From: Obrimoposthia wandeli
Taxonomy: Eukaryota
NCBI GenBank assembly: GCA_977020255.1
Contig: CDROCS010000412.1
Coordinates: 1-64,000, forward strand
Direction: 5' to 3'
Length of the DNA: 64,000 nucleotides
The position numbers and the translations under genes were made by a program. Position 1 is the first letter of the stretch. Each line of letters begins with the position of its first letter. The notes beneath the pieces are model-generated. The model saw only the letters and a program-made list of their open reading frames with translations. It was not told where the DNA came from and made no database searches. Positions 37,421 through 50,300 of the stretch are shown piece after piece.

Positions 37421-38317
37421 CTAACCGGGCGGGCTGCACGGGTGCTGCTCGTCAAACATTCGGTCATCCTGGTCGATAGCCTTGGTCCAGGTATGCGGTC
37501 CACTCTGATCGCTGGGTAACTTCCGAATGATCGAAGCATTCTGGCTGCCATTAGTTTTGATAGTTAACCTTGCTTTCTTCACACATGGAGTCAAGGGTGT
37601 ACCCCGCTTCGCCGGAAAAGGTTTCTTAGGAATAGTGATAATATTTGGATCCCTAAAAAGGGGCTGGTTGAACTCGTGGATCTTAATGCGTCTGTTGAGT
37701 GCATCTCTGGTTTCTTGTTCAAGATCCTTCGGCCAAAACAATTGCATAGAGTTGGTGATGAAAATACGAGGCATGAATTGAGGAAGTTGAGCAGATGTAT
37801 ATTTGACATTTACTGTCCTCGTAATGTGTCGATCTACTATATGTAGGAGATTGACCGCCGACCATGAAGCAAAGTTCATGTCGTCAATCACTAAACCGTC
37901 GTGCTCCGGTCCAATTTTAGCGAAATCTTGCCTATCCGAAATGAGAAGGGGATTAACGAAATGTGACAACGCAAAATGCGTTTTGCCTACACCAGTCTTG
38001 CCCACAAATATATGGGTTAGCATAGTAGAAGGATCGCTGAATTTGACTTTCTGGTGATCAGGAACACCTTGCACATCGATAAGAGGCCGAATAAAGTTTT
38101 CTGATTTGTAGATAATGTCCATCCTCTTTTGGAATAAGTAATTGAACGTGCGAGCACACTTATCGTGCTGCATGACAAAAGTTTCCGGCAACACTTGGCG
38201 TAGGTACTCCATTGACTCTTGGGTGCTGGTACATTCTTCCAAAATGTGCTTAAAAACTGATGATTTGTCTCCATCCCTACCTCGTTGTCCAATTTCTGCG
38301 AAATAACCATCTTGCAC
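37421..38317 (-). CDS. rep: Rep lacking the HUH nuclease: oligomerisation region plus SF3 helicase (array copy 1)
   Basis: Walker A GKTGVGKT, Walker B LVIDD, motif C IFITN, Arg finger ALNRRI. The ORF starts at a GTG after motif III is lost. Confidence 0.85.
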   Translation of the reverse strand: MQDGYFAEIGQRGRDGDKSSVFKHILEECTSTQESMEYLRQVLPETFVMQHDKCARTFNYLFQKRMDIIYKSENFIRPLIDVQGVPDHQKVKFSDPSTMLTHIFVGKTGVGKTHFALSHFVNPLLISDRQDFAKIGPEHDGLVIDDMNFASWSAVNLLHIVDRHITRTVNVKYTSAQLPQFMPRIFITNSMQLFWPKDLEQETRDALNRRIKIHEFNQPLFRDPNIITIPKKPFPAKRGTPLTPCVKKARLTIKTNGSQNASIIRKLPSDQSGPHTWTKAIDQDDRMFDEQHPCSPPG

Positions 38318-40456
38318 GTGTGTTTCTGTTTTATATATATCTTTGTTTATATAAAACTGAGACTCAGATTAACCAATAAGAATAGATGATACAATGTTAC
38401 TAAAAATAGATTATTTTATAGGGTTAAGAAGAGGAAAATCTCATGGTGGTTAAGATGTTTATGGAGAGTTCTCTTGATGTAATAAAGCTTGTCATCGCCG
38501 ACAAAATTGGGGTCAACAGAGCAAGCGCTATCATTGATAGTATATTCTGCACTCTGAATAATCTCATTATAAATTTCAAATAACTCCTTTTCCATTATAA
38601 CTGAAAAAAGAACAAAAAACGTTCACTTAAATACAAAATGTTCAAAAAGAACAACAAAACAAAAAAAAAATCGCTGTGCTGTTACTATAAATAGATTTTC
38701 CTAACTCCTATATGCCTGTGCTGTGCTATTCTTGTGCTGTTACTATAAATAGATATATGTAACTCCTATATGCTTGTGCTGTGTAATTCTTGTGTAGTCT
38801 CTCTTTCCCCTCTTCTTTTTCCTTTTTCTTAAACATCCATAAGGACACCTACACAGCACAAGCATACAGTAGTTCGGTTCTACACAGTCTACACACCTAC
38901 ACAGCCTCTTCTTGATTTTTACCGTGTTCCTTCGGGTGTTCTAACCGGGCGGGCTGCACGGGTGCTGCTCGTCAAACATTCGGTCATCCTGGTCGATAGC
39001 CTTGGTCCTGGTATGCGGTCCACTCTGATCGCTGGGTAACTTCCGAATGATCGAAGCATTCTGGCTGCCATTAGTTTTGATAGTTAACCTTGCTTTCTTC
39101 ACACATGGAGTCAAGGGTGTACCCGCTTCGCCGGAAAAGGTTTCTTAGGAATAGTGATAATATTTGGATCCCTAAAAAGGGGCTGGTTGAACTCGTGGAT
39201 CTTAATGCGTCTGTTGAGTGCATCTCTGGTTTCTTGTTCAAGATCCTTCGGCCAAAACAATTGCATAGAGTTGGTGATGAAAATACGAGGCATGAATTGA
39301 GGAAGTTGAGCAGATGTATATTTGACATTTACTGTCCTCGTAATGTGTCGATCTACTATATGTAGGAGATTGACCGCCGACCATGAAGCAAAGTTCATGT
39401 CGTCAATCACTAAACCGTCGTGCTCCGGTCCAATTTTAGCGAAATCTTGCCTATCCGAAATGAGAAGGGGATTAACGAAATGTGACAACGCAAAATGCGT
39501 TTTGCCTACACCAGTCTTGCCCACAAATATGTGGGTTAGCATAGTAGAAGGATCGCTGAATTTGACTTTCTGGTGATCAGGAACACCTTGCACATCGATA
39601 AGAGGCCGAATAAAGTTTTCTGATTTGTAGATAATGTCCATCCTCTTTTGGAATAAGTAATTGAACGTGCGAGCACACTTATCGTGCTGCATGACAAAAG
39701 TTTCCGGCAACACTTGGCGTAGGTACTCCATTGACTCTTGGGTGCTGGTACATTCTTCCAAAATGTGCTTAAAAACTGATGATTTGTCTCCATCCCTACC
39801 TCGTTGTCCAATTTCTGCGAAATAACCATCTTGCACGTGTGTTTCTGTTTTATATATATCTTTGTTTATATAAAACTGAGACTCAGATTAACCAATAAGA
39901 ATAGATGATACAATGTTACTAAAAATAGATTATTTTATAGGGTTAAGAAGAGGAAAATCTCATGGTGGTTAAGATGTTTATGGAGAGTTCTCTTGATGTA
40001 ATAAAGCTTGTCATCGCCGACAAAATTGGGGTCAACAGAGCAAGCGCTATCATTGATAGTATATTCTGCACTCTGAATAATCTCATTATAAATTTCAAAT
40101 AACTCCTTTTCCATTATAACTGAAAAAAGAACAAAAAACGTTCACTTAAATACAAAATGTTCAAAAAGAACAACAAAACAAAAAAATCGCTGTGCTGTTA
40201 CTATAAATAGATTTTCCTAACTCCTATATGCCTGTGCTGTGCTATTCTTGTGCTGTTACTATAAATAGATATATGTAACTCCTATATGCTTGTGCTGTGT
40301 AATTCTTGTGTAGTCTCTCTTTCCCCTCTTCTTTTTTCCTTTTTCTTAAACATCCATAAGGACACCTACACAGCACAAGCATACAGTAGTTCGGTTCTAC
40401 ACAGTCTACACACCTACACAGCCTCTTCTTGATTTTACCGTGTTCCTTCGGGTGTT

Positions 40457-41353
40457 CTAACCGGGCGGGCTGCACGGGTGCTGCTCGTCAAACATTCGGT
40501 CATCCTGGTCGATAGCCTTGGTCCTGGTATGCGGTCCACTCTGATCGCTGGGTAACTTCCGAATGATCGAAGCATTCTGGCTGCCATTAGTTTTGATAGT
40601 TAACCTTGCTTTCTTCACACATGGAGTCAAGGGTGTACCCCGCTTCGCCGGAAAAGGTTTCTTAGGAATAGTGATAATATTTGGATCCCTAAAAAGGGGC
40701 TGGTTGAACTCGTGGATCTTAATGCGTCTGTTGAGTGCATCTCTGGTTTCTTGTTCAAGATCCTTCGGCCAAAACAATTGCATAGAGTTGGTGATGAAAA
40801 TACGAGGCATGAATTGAGGAAGTTGAGCAGATGTATATTTGACATTTACTGTCCTCGTAATGTGTCGATCTACTATATGTAGGAGATTGACCGCCGACCA
40901 TGAAGCAAAGTTCATGTCGTCAATCACTAAACCGTCGTGCTCCGGTCCAATTTTAGCGAAATCTTGCCTATCCGAAATGAGAAGGGGATTAACGAAATGT
41001 GACAACGCAAAATGCGTTTTGCCTACACCAGTCTTGCCCACAAATATGTGGGTTAGCATAGTAGAAGGATCGCTGAATTTGACTTTCTGGTGATCAGGAA
41101 CACCTTGCACATCGATAAGAGGCCGAATAAAGTTTTCTGATTTGTAGATAATGTCCATCCTCTTTTGGAATAAGTAATTGAACGTGCGAGCACACTTATC
41201 GTGCTGCATGACAAAAGTTTCCGGCAACACTTGGCGTAGGTACTCCATTGACTCTTGGGTGCTGGTACATTCTTCCAAAATGTGCTTAAAAACTGATGAT
41301 TTGTCTCCATCCCTACCTCGTTGTCCAATTTCTGCGAAATAACCATCTTGCAC
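40457..41353 (-). CDS. rep: Rep helicase-only copy (array copy 3). Equivalent ORFs with frameshifts at 39111, 42144, 43492, 45180, 54086, 55833, 57291 and others
   Basis: Same motifs as copy 1. Confidence 0.85.
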   Translation of the reverse strand: MQDGYFAEIGQRGRDGDKSSVFKHILEECTSTQESMEYLRQVLPETFVMQHDKCARTFNYLFQKRMDIIYKSENFIRPLIDVQGVPDHQKVKFSDPSTMLTHIFVGKTGVGKTHFALSHFVNPLLISDRQDFAKIGPEHDGLVIDDMNFASWSAVNLLHIVDRHITRTVNVKYTSAQLPQFMPRIFITNSMQLFWPKDLEQETRDALNRRIKIHEFNQPLFRDPNIITIPKKPFPAKRGTPLTPCVKKARLTIKTNGSQNASIIRKLPSDQSGPHTRTKAIDQDDRMFDEQHPCSPPG

Positions 41354-44300
41354 GTGTGTTTCTGTTTTATATATATCTTTGTTTATATAAAACTGAGACT
41401 CAGATTAACCAATAAGAATAGATGATACAATGTTACTAAAAATAGATTATTTTATAGGGTTAAGAAGAGGAAAATCTCATGGTGGTTAAGATGTTTATGG
41501 AGAGTTCTCTTGATGTAATAAAGCTTGTCATCGCCGACAAAATTGGGGTCAACAGAGCAAGCGCTATCATTGATAGTATATTCTGCACTCTGAATAATCT
41601 CATTATAAATTTCAAATAACTCCTTTTCCATTATAACTGAAAAAAGAACAAAAAACGTTCACTTAAATACAAAATGTTCAAAAGAACAACAAAACAAAAA
41701 AAAATTGCTGTGCTGTTACTATAAATAGATTTTCCTAACTCCTATATGCCTGTGCTGTGCTATTCTTGTGCTGTTACTATAAATAGATATATGTAACTCC
41801 TATATGCTTGTGCTGTGTAATTCTTGTGTAGTCTCTCTTTCCTCCCTTTTTTTTCTTTTTCTTAAACATCCATAAGGACACCTACACAGCACAAGCATAC
41901 AGTAGTTCGGTTCTACACAGTCTACACACCTACACAGCCTCTTCTTGATTTTTACCGTGTTCCTTCGGGTGTTCTAACCGGGCGGGCTGCACGGGTGCTG
42001 CTCGTCAAACATTCGGTCATCCTGGTCGATAGCCTTGGTCCTGGTATGCGGTCCACTCTGATCGCTGGGTAACTTCCGAATGATCGAAGCATTCTGGCTG
42101 CCATTAGTTTTGATAGTTAACCTTGCTTTCTTCACACATGGAGTCAAGGGTGTACCCGCTTCGCCGGAAAAGGTTTCTTAGGAATAGTGATAATATTTGG
42201 ATCCCTAAAAAGGGGCTGGTTGAACTCGTGGATCTTAATGCGTCTGTTGAGTGCATCTCTGGTTTCTTGTTCAAGATCCTTCGGCCAAAACAATTGCATA
42301 GAGTTGGTGATGAAAATACGAGGCATGAATTGAGGAAGTTGAGCAGATGTATATTTGACATTTACTGTCCTCGTAATGTGTCGATCTACTATATGTAGGA
42401 GATTGACCGCCGACCATGAAGCAAAGTTCATGTCGTCAATCACTAAACCGTCGTGCTCCGGTCCAATTTTAGCGAAATCTTGCCTATCCGAAATGAGAAG
42501 GGGATTAACGAAATGTGACAACGCAAAATGCGTTTTGCCTACACCAGTCTTGCCCACAAATATATGGGTTAGCATAGTAGAAGGATCGCTGAATTTGACT
42601 TTCTGGTGATCAGGAACACCTTGCACATCGATAAGAGGCCGAATAAAGTTTTCTGATTTGTAGATAATGTCCATCCTCTTTTGGAATAAGTAATTGAACG
42701 TGCGAGCACACTTATCGTGCTGCATGACAAAAGTTTCCGGCAACACTTGGCGTAGGTACTCCATTGACTCTTGGGTGCTGGTACATTCTTCCAAAATGTG
42801 CTTAAAAACTGATGATTTGTCTCCATCCCTACCTCGTTGTCCAATTTCTGCGAAATAACCATCTTGCACGTGTGTTTCTGTTTTATATATATCTTTGTTT
42901 ATATAAAACTGAGACTCAGATTAACCAATAAGAATAGATGATACAATGTTACTAAAAATAGATTATTTTATAGGGTTAAGAAGAGGAAAATCTCATGGTG
43001 GTTAAGATGTTTATGGAGAGTTCTCTTGATGTAATAAAGCTTGTCATCGCCGACAAAATTGGGGTCAACAGAGCAAGCGCTATCATTGATAGTATATTCT
43101 GCACTCTGAATAATCTCATTATAAATTTCAAATAACTCCTTTTCCATTATAACTGAAAAAAGAACAAAAAACGTTCACTTAAATACAAAATGTTCAAAAA
43201 GAACAACAAAACAAAAAAAAATCGCTGTGCTGTTACTATAAATAGATTTTCCTAACTCCTATATGCCTGTGCTGTGCTATTCTTGTGCTGTTACTATAAA
43301 TAGATATATGTAACTCCTATATGCTTGTGCTGTGTAATTCTTGTGTAGTCTCTCTTTCCCCTCTTCTTTTTCCTTTTTCTTAAACATCCATAAGGACACC
43401 TACACAGCACAAGCATACAGTAGTTCGGTTCTACACAGTCTACACACCTACACAGCCTCTTCTTGATTTTTACCGTGTTCCTTCGGGTGTTCTAACCGGG
43501 CGGGCTGCACGGGTGCTGCTCGTCAAACATTCGGTCATCCTGGTCGATAGCCTTGGTCCTGGTATGCGGTCCACTCTGATCGCTGGGTAACTTCCGAATG
43601 ATCGAAGCATTCTGGCTGCCATTAGTTTTGATAGTTAACCTTGCTTTCTTCACACATGGAGTCAAGGGTGTACCCCGCTTCGCCGGAAAAGGTTTCTTAG
43701 GAATAGTGATAATATTTGGATCCCTAAAAAGGGGCTGGTTGAACTCGTGGATCTTAATGCGTCTGTTGAGTGCATCTCTGGTTTCTTGTTCAAGATCCTT
43801 CGGCCAAAACAATTGCATAGAGTTGGTGATGAAAATACGAGGCATGAATTGAGGAAGTTGAGCAGATGTATATTTGACATTTACTGTCCTCGTAATGTGT
43901 CGATCTACTATATGTAGGAGATTGACCGCCGACCATGAAGCAAAGTTCATGTCGTCAATCACTAAACCGTCGTGCTCCGGTCCAATTTTAGCGAAATCTT
44001 GCCTATCCGAAATGAGAAGGGGATTAACGAAATGTGACAACGCAAAATGCGTTTTGCCTACACCAGTCTTGCCCACAAATATATGGGTTAGCATAGTAGA
44101 AGGATCGCTGAATTTGACTTTCTGGTGATCAGGAACACCTTGCACATCGATAAGAGGCCGAATAAAGTTTTCTGATTTGTAGATAATGTCCATCCTCTTT
44201 TTGGCATAAGTAATTGAAAGAGCAAGCACACTTATCGTGCTGCCTGACACACGTTTCCGGCCACACTAGCCGAAGGTACTCCATTGACTCTTCGGTGCTG

Positions 44301-47300
44301 CTACATTCTTCCTAACTGTGCTTAAAACTGATGATTTGTCTCCATCCCTACCTCGTTGTCCAATTTCTGCGAAATAACCATCTTGCACGTGTGTTTCTGT
44401 TTTATATATATCTTTGTTTATATAAAACTGAGACTCAGATTAACCAATAAGAATAGATGATACAATGTTACTAAAAAATAGATTATTTTATAGGGTTAAG
44501 AAGAGGAAAATCTCATGGTGGTTAAGATGTTTATGGAGAGTTCTCTTGATGTAATAAAGCTTGTCATCGCCGACAAAATTGGGGTCAACAGAGCAAGCGC
44601 TATCATTGATAGTATATTCTGCACTCTGAATAATCTCATTATAAATTTCAAATAACTCCTTTTCCATTATAACTGAAAAAAGAACAAAAAACGTTCACTT
44701 AAATACAAAATGTTCAAAAGAACAACAAAACAAAAAAAATCGCTGTGCTGTTACTATAAATAGATTTTCCTAACTCCTATATGCCTGTGCTGTGCTATTC
44801 TTGTGCTGTTACTATAAATAGATATATGTAACTCCTATATGCTTGTGCTGTGTAATTCTTGTGTAGTCTCTCTTTCCCCTCTTCTTTTTCCTTTTTCTTA
44901 AACATCCATAAGGACACCTACACAGCACAAGCATACAGTAGTTCGGTTCTACACAGTCTACACACCTACACAGCCTCTTCTTGATTTTTACCGTGTTCCT
45001 TCGGGTGTTCTAACCGGGCGGGCTGCACGGGTGCTGCTCGTCAAACATTCGGTCATCCTGGTCGATAGCCTTGGTCCTGGTATGCGGTCCACTCTGATCG
45101 CTGGGTAACTTCCGAATGATCGAAGCATTCTGGCTGCCATTAGTTTTGATAGTTAACCTTGCTTTCTTCACACATGGAGTCAAGGGTGTACCCCGCTTCG
45201 CCGGAAAAGGTTTCTTAGGAATAGTGATAATATTTGGATCCCTAAAAGGGGCTGGTTGAACTCGTGGATCTTAATGCGTCTGTTGAGTGCATCTCTGGTT
45301 TCTTGTTCAAGATCCTTCGGCCAAAACAATTGCATAGAGTTGGTGATGAAAATACGAGGCATGAATTGAGGAAGTTGAGCAGATGTATATTTGACATTTA
45401 CTGTCCTCGTAATGTGTCGATCTACTATATGTAGGAGATTGACCGCCGACCATGAAGCAAAGTTCATGTCGTCAATCACTAAACCGTCGTGCTCCGGTCC
45501 AATTTTAGCGAAATCTTGCCTATCCGAAATGAGAAGGGGATTAACGAAATGTGACAACGCAAAATGCGTTTTGCCTACACCAGTCTTGCCCACAAATATA
45601 TGGGTTAGCATAGTAGAAGGATCGCTGAATTTGACTTTCTGGTGATCAGGAACACCTTGCACATCGATAAGAGGCCGAATAAAGTTTTCTGATTTGTAGA
45701 TAATGTCCATCCTCTTTTGGAATAAGTAATTGAACGTGCGAGCACACTTATCGTGCTGCATGACAAAAGTTTCCGGCAACACTTGGCGTAGGTACTCCAT
45801 TGACTCTTGGGTGCTGGTACATTCTTCCAAAATGTGCTTAAAAACTGATGATTTGTCTCCATCCCTACCTCGTTGTCCAATTTCTGCGAAATAACCATCT
45901 TGCACGTGTGTTTCTGTTTTATATATATCTTTGTTTATATAAAACTGAGACTCAGATTAACCAATAAGAATAGATGATACAATGTTACTAAAAATAGATT
46001 ATTTTATAGGGTTAAGAAGAGGAAAATCTCATGGTGGTTAAGATGTTTATGGAGAGTTCTCTTGATGTAATAAAGCTTGTCATCGCCGACAAAATTGGGG
46101 TCAACAGAGCAAGCGCTATCATTGATAGTATATTCTGCACTCTGAATAATCTCATTATAAATTTCAAATAACTCCTTTTCCATTATAACTGAAAAAAGAA
46201 CAAAAAACGTTCACTTAAATACAAAATGTTCAAAAAGAACAACAAAACAAAAAAAAATCGCTGTGCTGTTACTATAAATAGATTTTCCTAACTCCTATAT
46301 GCCTGTGCTGTGCTATTCTTGTGCTGTTACTATAAATAGATATATGTAACTCCTATATGCTTGTGCTGTGTAATTCTTGTGTAGTCTCTCTTTCCCCTCT
46401 TCTTTTCCTTTTTCTTTAACCGCCATAAAGACCCCTACACAGCACAAGCATACAGTAGTTCAGTTCTACACAGTCTACACACCTACACAGCCTCTTCTTG
46501 ATTTTTACCGTGTTCCTTCGGGTGTTCTAACCGGGCGGGCTGCACGGGTGCTGCTCGTCAAACATTCGGTCATCCTGGTCGATAGCCTTGGTCCTGGTAT
46601 GCGGTCCACTCTGATCGCTGGGTAACTTCCGAATGATCGAAGCATTCTGGCTGCCATTAGTTTTGATAGTTAACCTTGCTTTCTTCACACATGGAGTCAA
46701 GGGTGTACCCCTTCGCCGGAAAAGGTTTCTTAGGAATAGTGATAATATTTGGATCCCTAAAAGGGGCTGGTTGAACTCGTGGATCTTAATGCGTCTGTTG
46801 AGTGCATCTCTGGTTTCTTGTTCAAGATCCTTCGGCCAAAACAATTGCATAGAGTTGGTGATGAAAATACGAGGCATGAATTGAGGAAGTTGAGCAGATG
46901 TATATTTGACATTTACTGTCCTCGTAATGTGTCGATCTACTATATGTAGGAGATTGACCGCCGACCATGAAGCAAAGTTCATGTCGTCAATCACTAAACC
47001 GTCGTGCTCCGGTCCAATTTTAGCGAAATCTTGCCTATCCGAAAAATGAGAAGGGATTAACGAAATGTGACAACGCAAAATGCGTTTTGCCTACACCAGT
47101 CTTGCCCACAAATATGTGGGTTAGCATAATAGAAGGATCGCTGAATTTGACTTTCTGGTGATCAGGAACACCTTGCACATCGATAAGAGGCCGAATAAAG
47201 TTTTCTGATTTGTAGATAATGTCCATCCTCTTTTGGAATAAGTAATTGAACGTGCGAGCACACTTATCGTGCTGCATGACAAAAGTTTCCGGCAACACTT

Positions 47301-50300
47301 GGCGTGGTACTCCATTGACTCTTGGGTGCTGGTACATTCTTCCAAAATGTGCTTAAAAACTGATGATTTGTCTCCATCCCTACCTCGTTGTCCAATTTCT
47401 GCAGAAATAACCATCTTGCACGTGTGTTTCTGTTTTATATATATCTTTGTTTATATAAAACTGAGACTCAGATTAACCAATAAGAATAGATGATACAATG
47501 TTACTAAAATAGATTATTTTATAGGGTTAAGAAGAGGAAAATCTCATGGTGGTTAAGATGTTTATGGAGAGTTCTCTTGATGTAATAAAGCTTGTCATCG
47601 CCGACAAAATTGGGGTCAACAGAGCAAGCGCTATCATTGATAGTATATTCTGCACTCTGAATAATCTCATTATAAATTTCCAATCACTCCTTTTCCATTA
47701 TAACTGAAAAAGAACAAAAACGTTCACTTAAATACAAAATGTTCAAAAGAACAACAAAACAAAAAAATCGCTGTGCTGTTACTATAAATAGATTTTCCTA
47801 ACTCTTATATGCCTGTGCTGTGCTATTCTTGTGCTGTTACTAAAAATAGATATATGTAACTCCTATATGCTTGTGCTGTGTAATTCTTGTGTAGTCTCTC
47901 TTTCCTCCCTTTTTTTTCTTTTTCTTAAACATCCATAAGGACACCTACACAACACTAGCATACAGTAGTTCGGTTCTACACAGTCTACACACCTACACAG
48001 CCTCTTCTTGATTTTTACCGTGTTCCTTCGGGTGTTCTAACCGGGCGGGCTGCACGGGTGCTGCTCGTCAAACATTCGGTCATCCTGGTCGATAGCCTTG
48101 GTCCTGGTATGCGGTCCACTCTGATCGCTGGGTAACTTCCGAATGATCGAAGCATTCTGGCTGCCATTAGTTTTGATAGTTAACCTTGCTTTCTTCACAC
48201 ATGGAGTCAAGGGTGTACCCGCTTCGCCGGAAAAGGTTTCTTAGGAATAGTGATAATATTTGGATCCTAAAAAGGGGCTGGTTGAACTCGTGGATCTTAA
48301 TGCGTCTGTTGAGTGCATCTCTGGTTTCTTGTTCAAGATCCTTCGGCCAAAACAATTGCATAGAGTTGGTGATGAAAATACGAGGCATGAATTGAGGAAG
48401 TTGAGCAGATGTATATTTGACATTTACTGTCCTCGTAATGTGTCGATCTACTATATGTAGGAGATTGACCGCCGACCATGAAGCAAAGTTCATGTCGTCA
48501 ATCACTAAACCGTCGTGCTCCGGTCAATTTTAGCGAAATCTTGCCTATCCGAAATGAGAAGGGGATTAACGAAATGTGACAACGCAAAATGCGTTTTGCC
48601 TACACCAGTCTTGCCCACAAATATAGGGTTAGCATAGTAGAAGGATCGCTGAATTTGACTTTCTGGTGATCAGGAACACCTTGCACATCGATAAGAGGCC
48701 GAATAAAGTTTTCTGATTTGTAGATAATGTCCATCCTCTTTGGAATAAGTAATTGAACGTGCGAGCACACTTATCGTGCTGCATGACAAAAGTTTCCGGC
48801 AACACTTGGCGTAGGTACTCCATTGACTCTTGGGTGCTGGTACATTCTTCCAAAATGTGCTTAAAAACTGATGATTTGTCTCCATCCCTACCTCGTTGTC
48901 CAATTTCTGCGAAATAACCATCTTGCACGTGTGTTTCTGTTTTATATATATCTTTGTTTATATAAAACTGAGACTCAGATTAACCAATAAGAATAGATGA
49001 TACAATGTTACTAAAAATAGATTATTTTATAGGGTTAAGAAGAGGAAAATCTCATGGTGGTTAAGATGTTTATGGAGAGTTCTCTTGATGTAATAAAGCT
49101 TGTCATCGCCGACAAAATTGGGGTCAACAGAGCAAGCGCTATCATTGATAGTATATTCTGCACTCTGAATAATCTCATTATAAATTTCAAATAACTCCTT
49201 TTCCATTATAACTGAAAAAAGAACAAAAAACGTTCACTTAAATACAAAATGTTCAAAAGAACAACAAAACAAAAAAATCGCTGTGCTGTTACTATAAATA
49301 GATTTTCCTAACTCCTATATGCCTGTGCTGTGCTATTCTTGTGCTGTTACTATAAATAGATATATGTAACTCCTATATGCTTGTGCTGTGTAATTCTTGT
49401 GTAGTCTCTCTTTCCCCCCCTTCTTTTTCCTTTTACTTAAACATCCATAAGGACACCTACACAGCACAAGCATACAGTAGTTCAGGTTCTACACAGTCTA
49501 CACACCTACACAGCCTCTTCTTGATTTTTACCGTGTTCTCTTCGGGTGTTCTAACTGGGCGGGCTGCACGGGTGCTGCTCGTCAAACATTCGGTCATCCT
49601 GGTCGATAGCCTTGGTCCTGGTATGCGGTCCACTCTGATCGCTGGGTAACTTCCGAATGATCGAAGCATTCTGGCTGCCATTAGTTTTGATAGTTAACCT
49701 TGCTTTCTTCACACATGGAGTCAAGGGTGTACCTTCGCCTTCGCCGGAAAAGGTTTCTTAGAATAGTGATAATATTTGGATCCCTAAAAAGGGGCTGGTT
49801 GAACTCGTGGATCTTAATGCGTCTGTTGAGTGCATCTCTGGTTTCTTGTTCAAGATCCTTCGGCCAAAACAATTGCATAGAGTTGGTGATGAAAATACGA
49901 GGCATGAATTGAGGAAGTTGAGCAGATGTATATTTGACATTTACTGTCCTCGTAATGTGTCGATCTACTATATGTAGGAGATTGACCGCCGACCATGAAG
50001 CAAAGTTCATGTCGTCAATCACTAAACCGTCGTGCTCCGGTCCAATTTTAGCGAAATCTTGCCTATCCGAAATGAGAAGGGGATTAACGAAATGTGACAA
50101 CGCAAAATGCGTTTTGCCTACACCAGTCTTGCCCACAAATATATGGGTTAGCATAGTAGAAGGATCGCTGAATTTGACTTTTTGGGTGATCAGGAACCCT
50201 TTCCACCTCGAAAAGAGGCCGAATAAAGTTTTCTGATTTGTAGATAATGTCCATCCTCTTTTGGAATAAGTAATTGAACGTGCGAGCACACTTATCGTTC

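Noticed and set aside
37527-38310. Recurrent 72-97 aa ORFs overlapping rep on both strands (MIEAFWL.., MTFTVLV.., MSNIHLL.., MVISQKL..)
   Set aside because: Shadow frames of the rep ORF; they recur only because the unit is repeated, and show no motifs.
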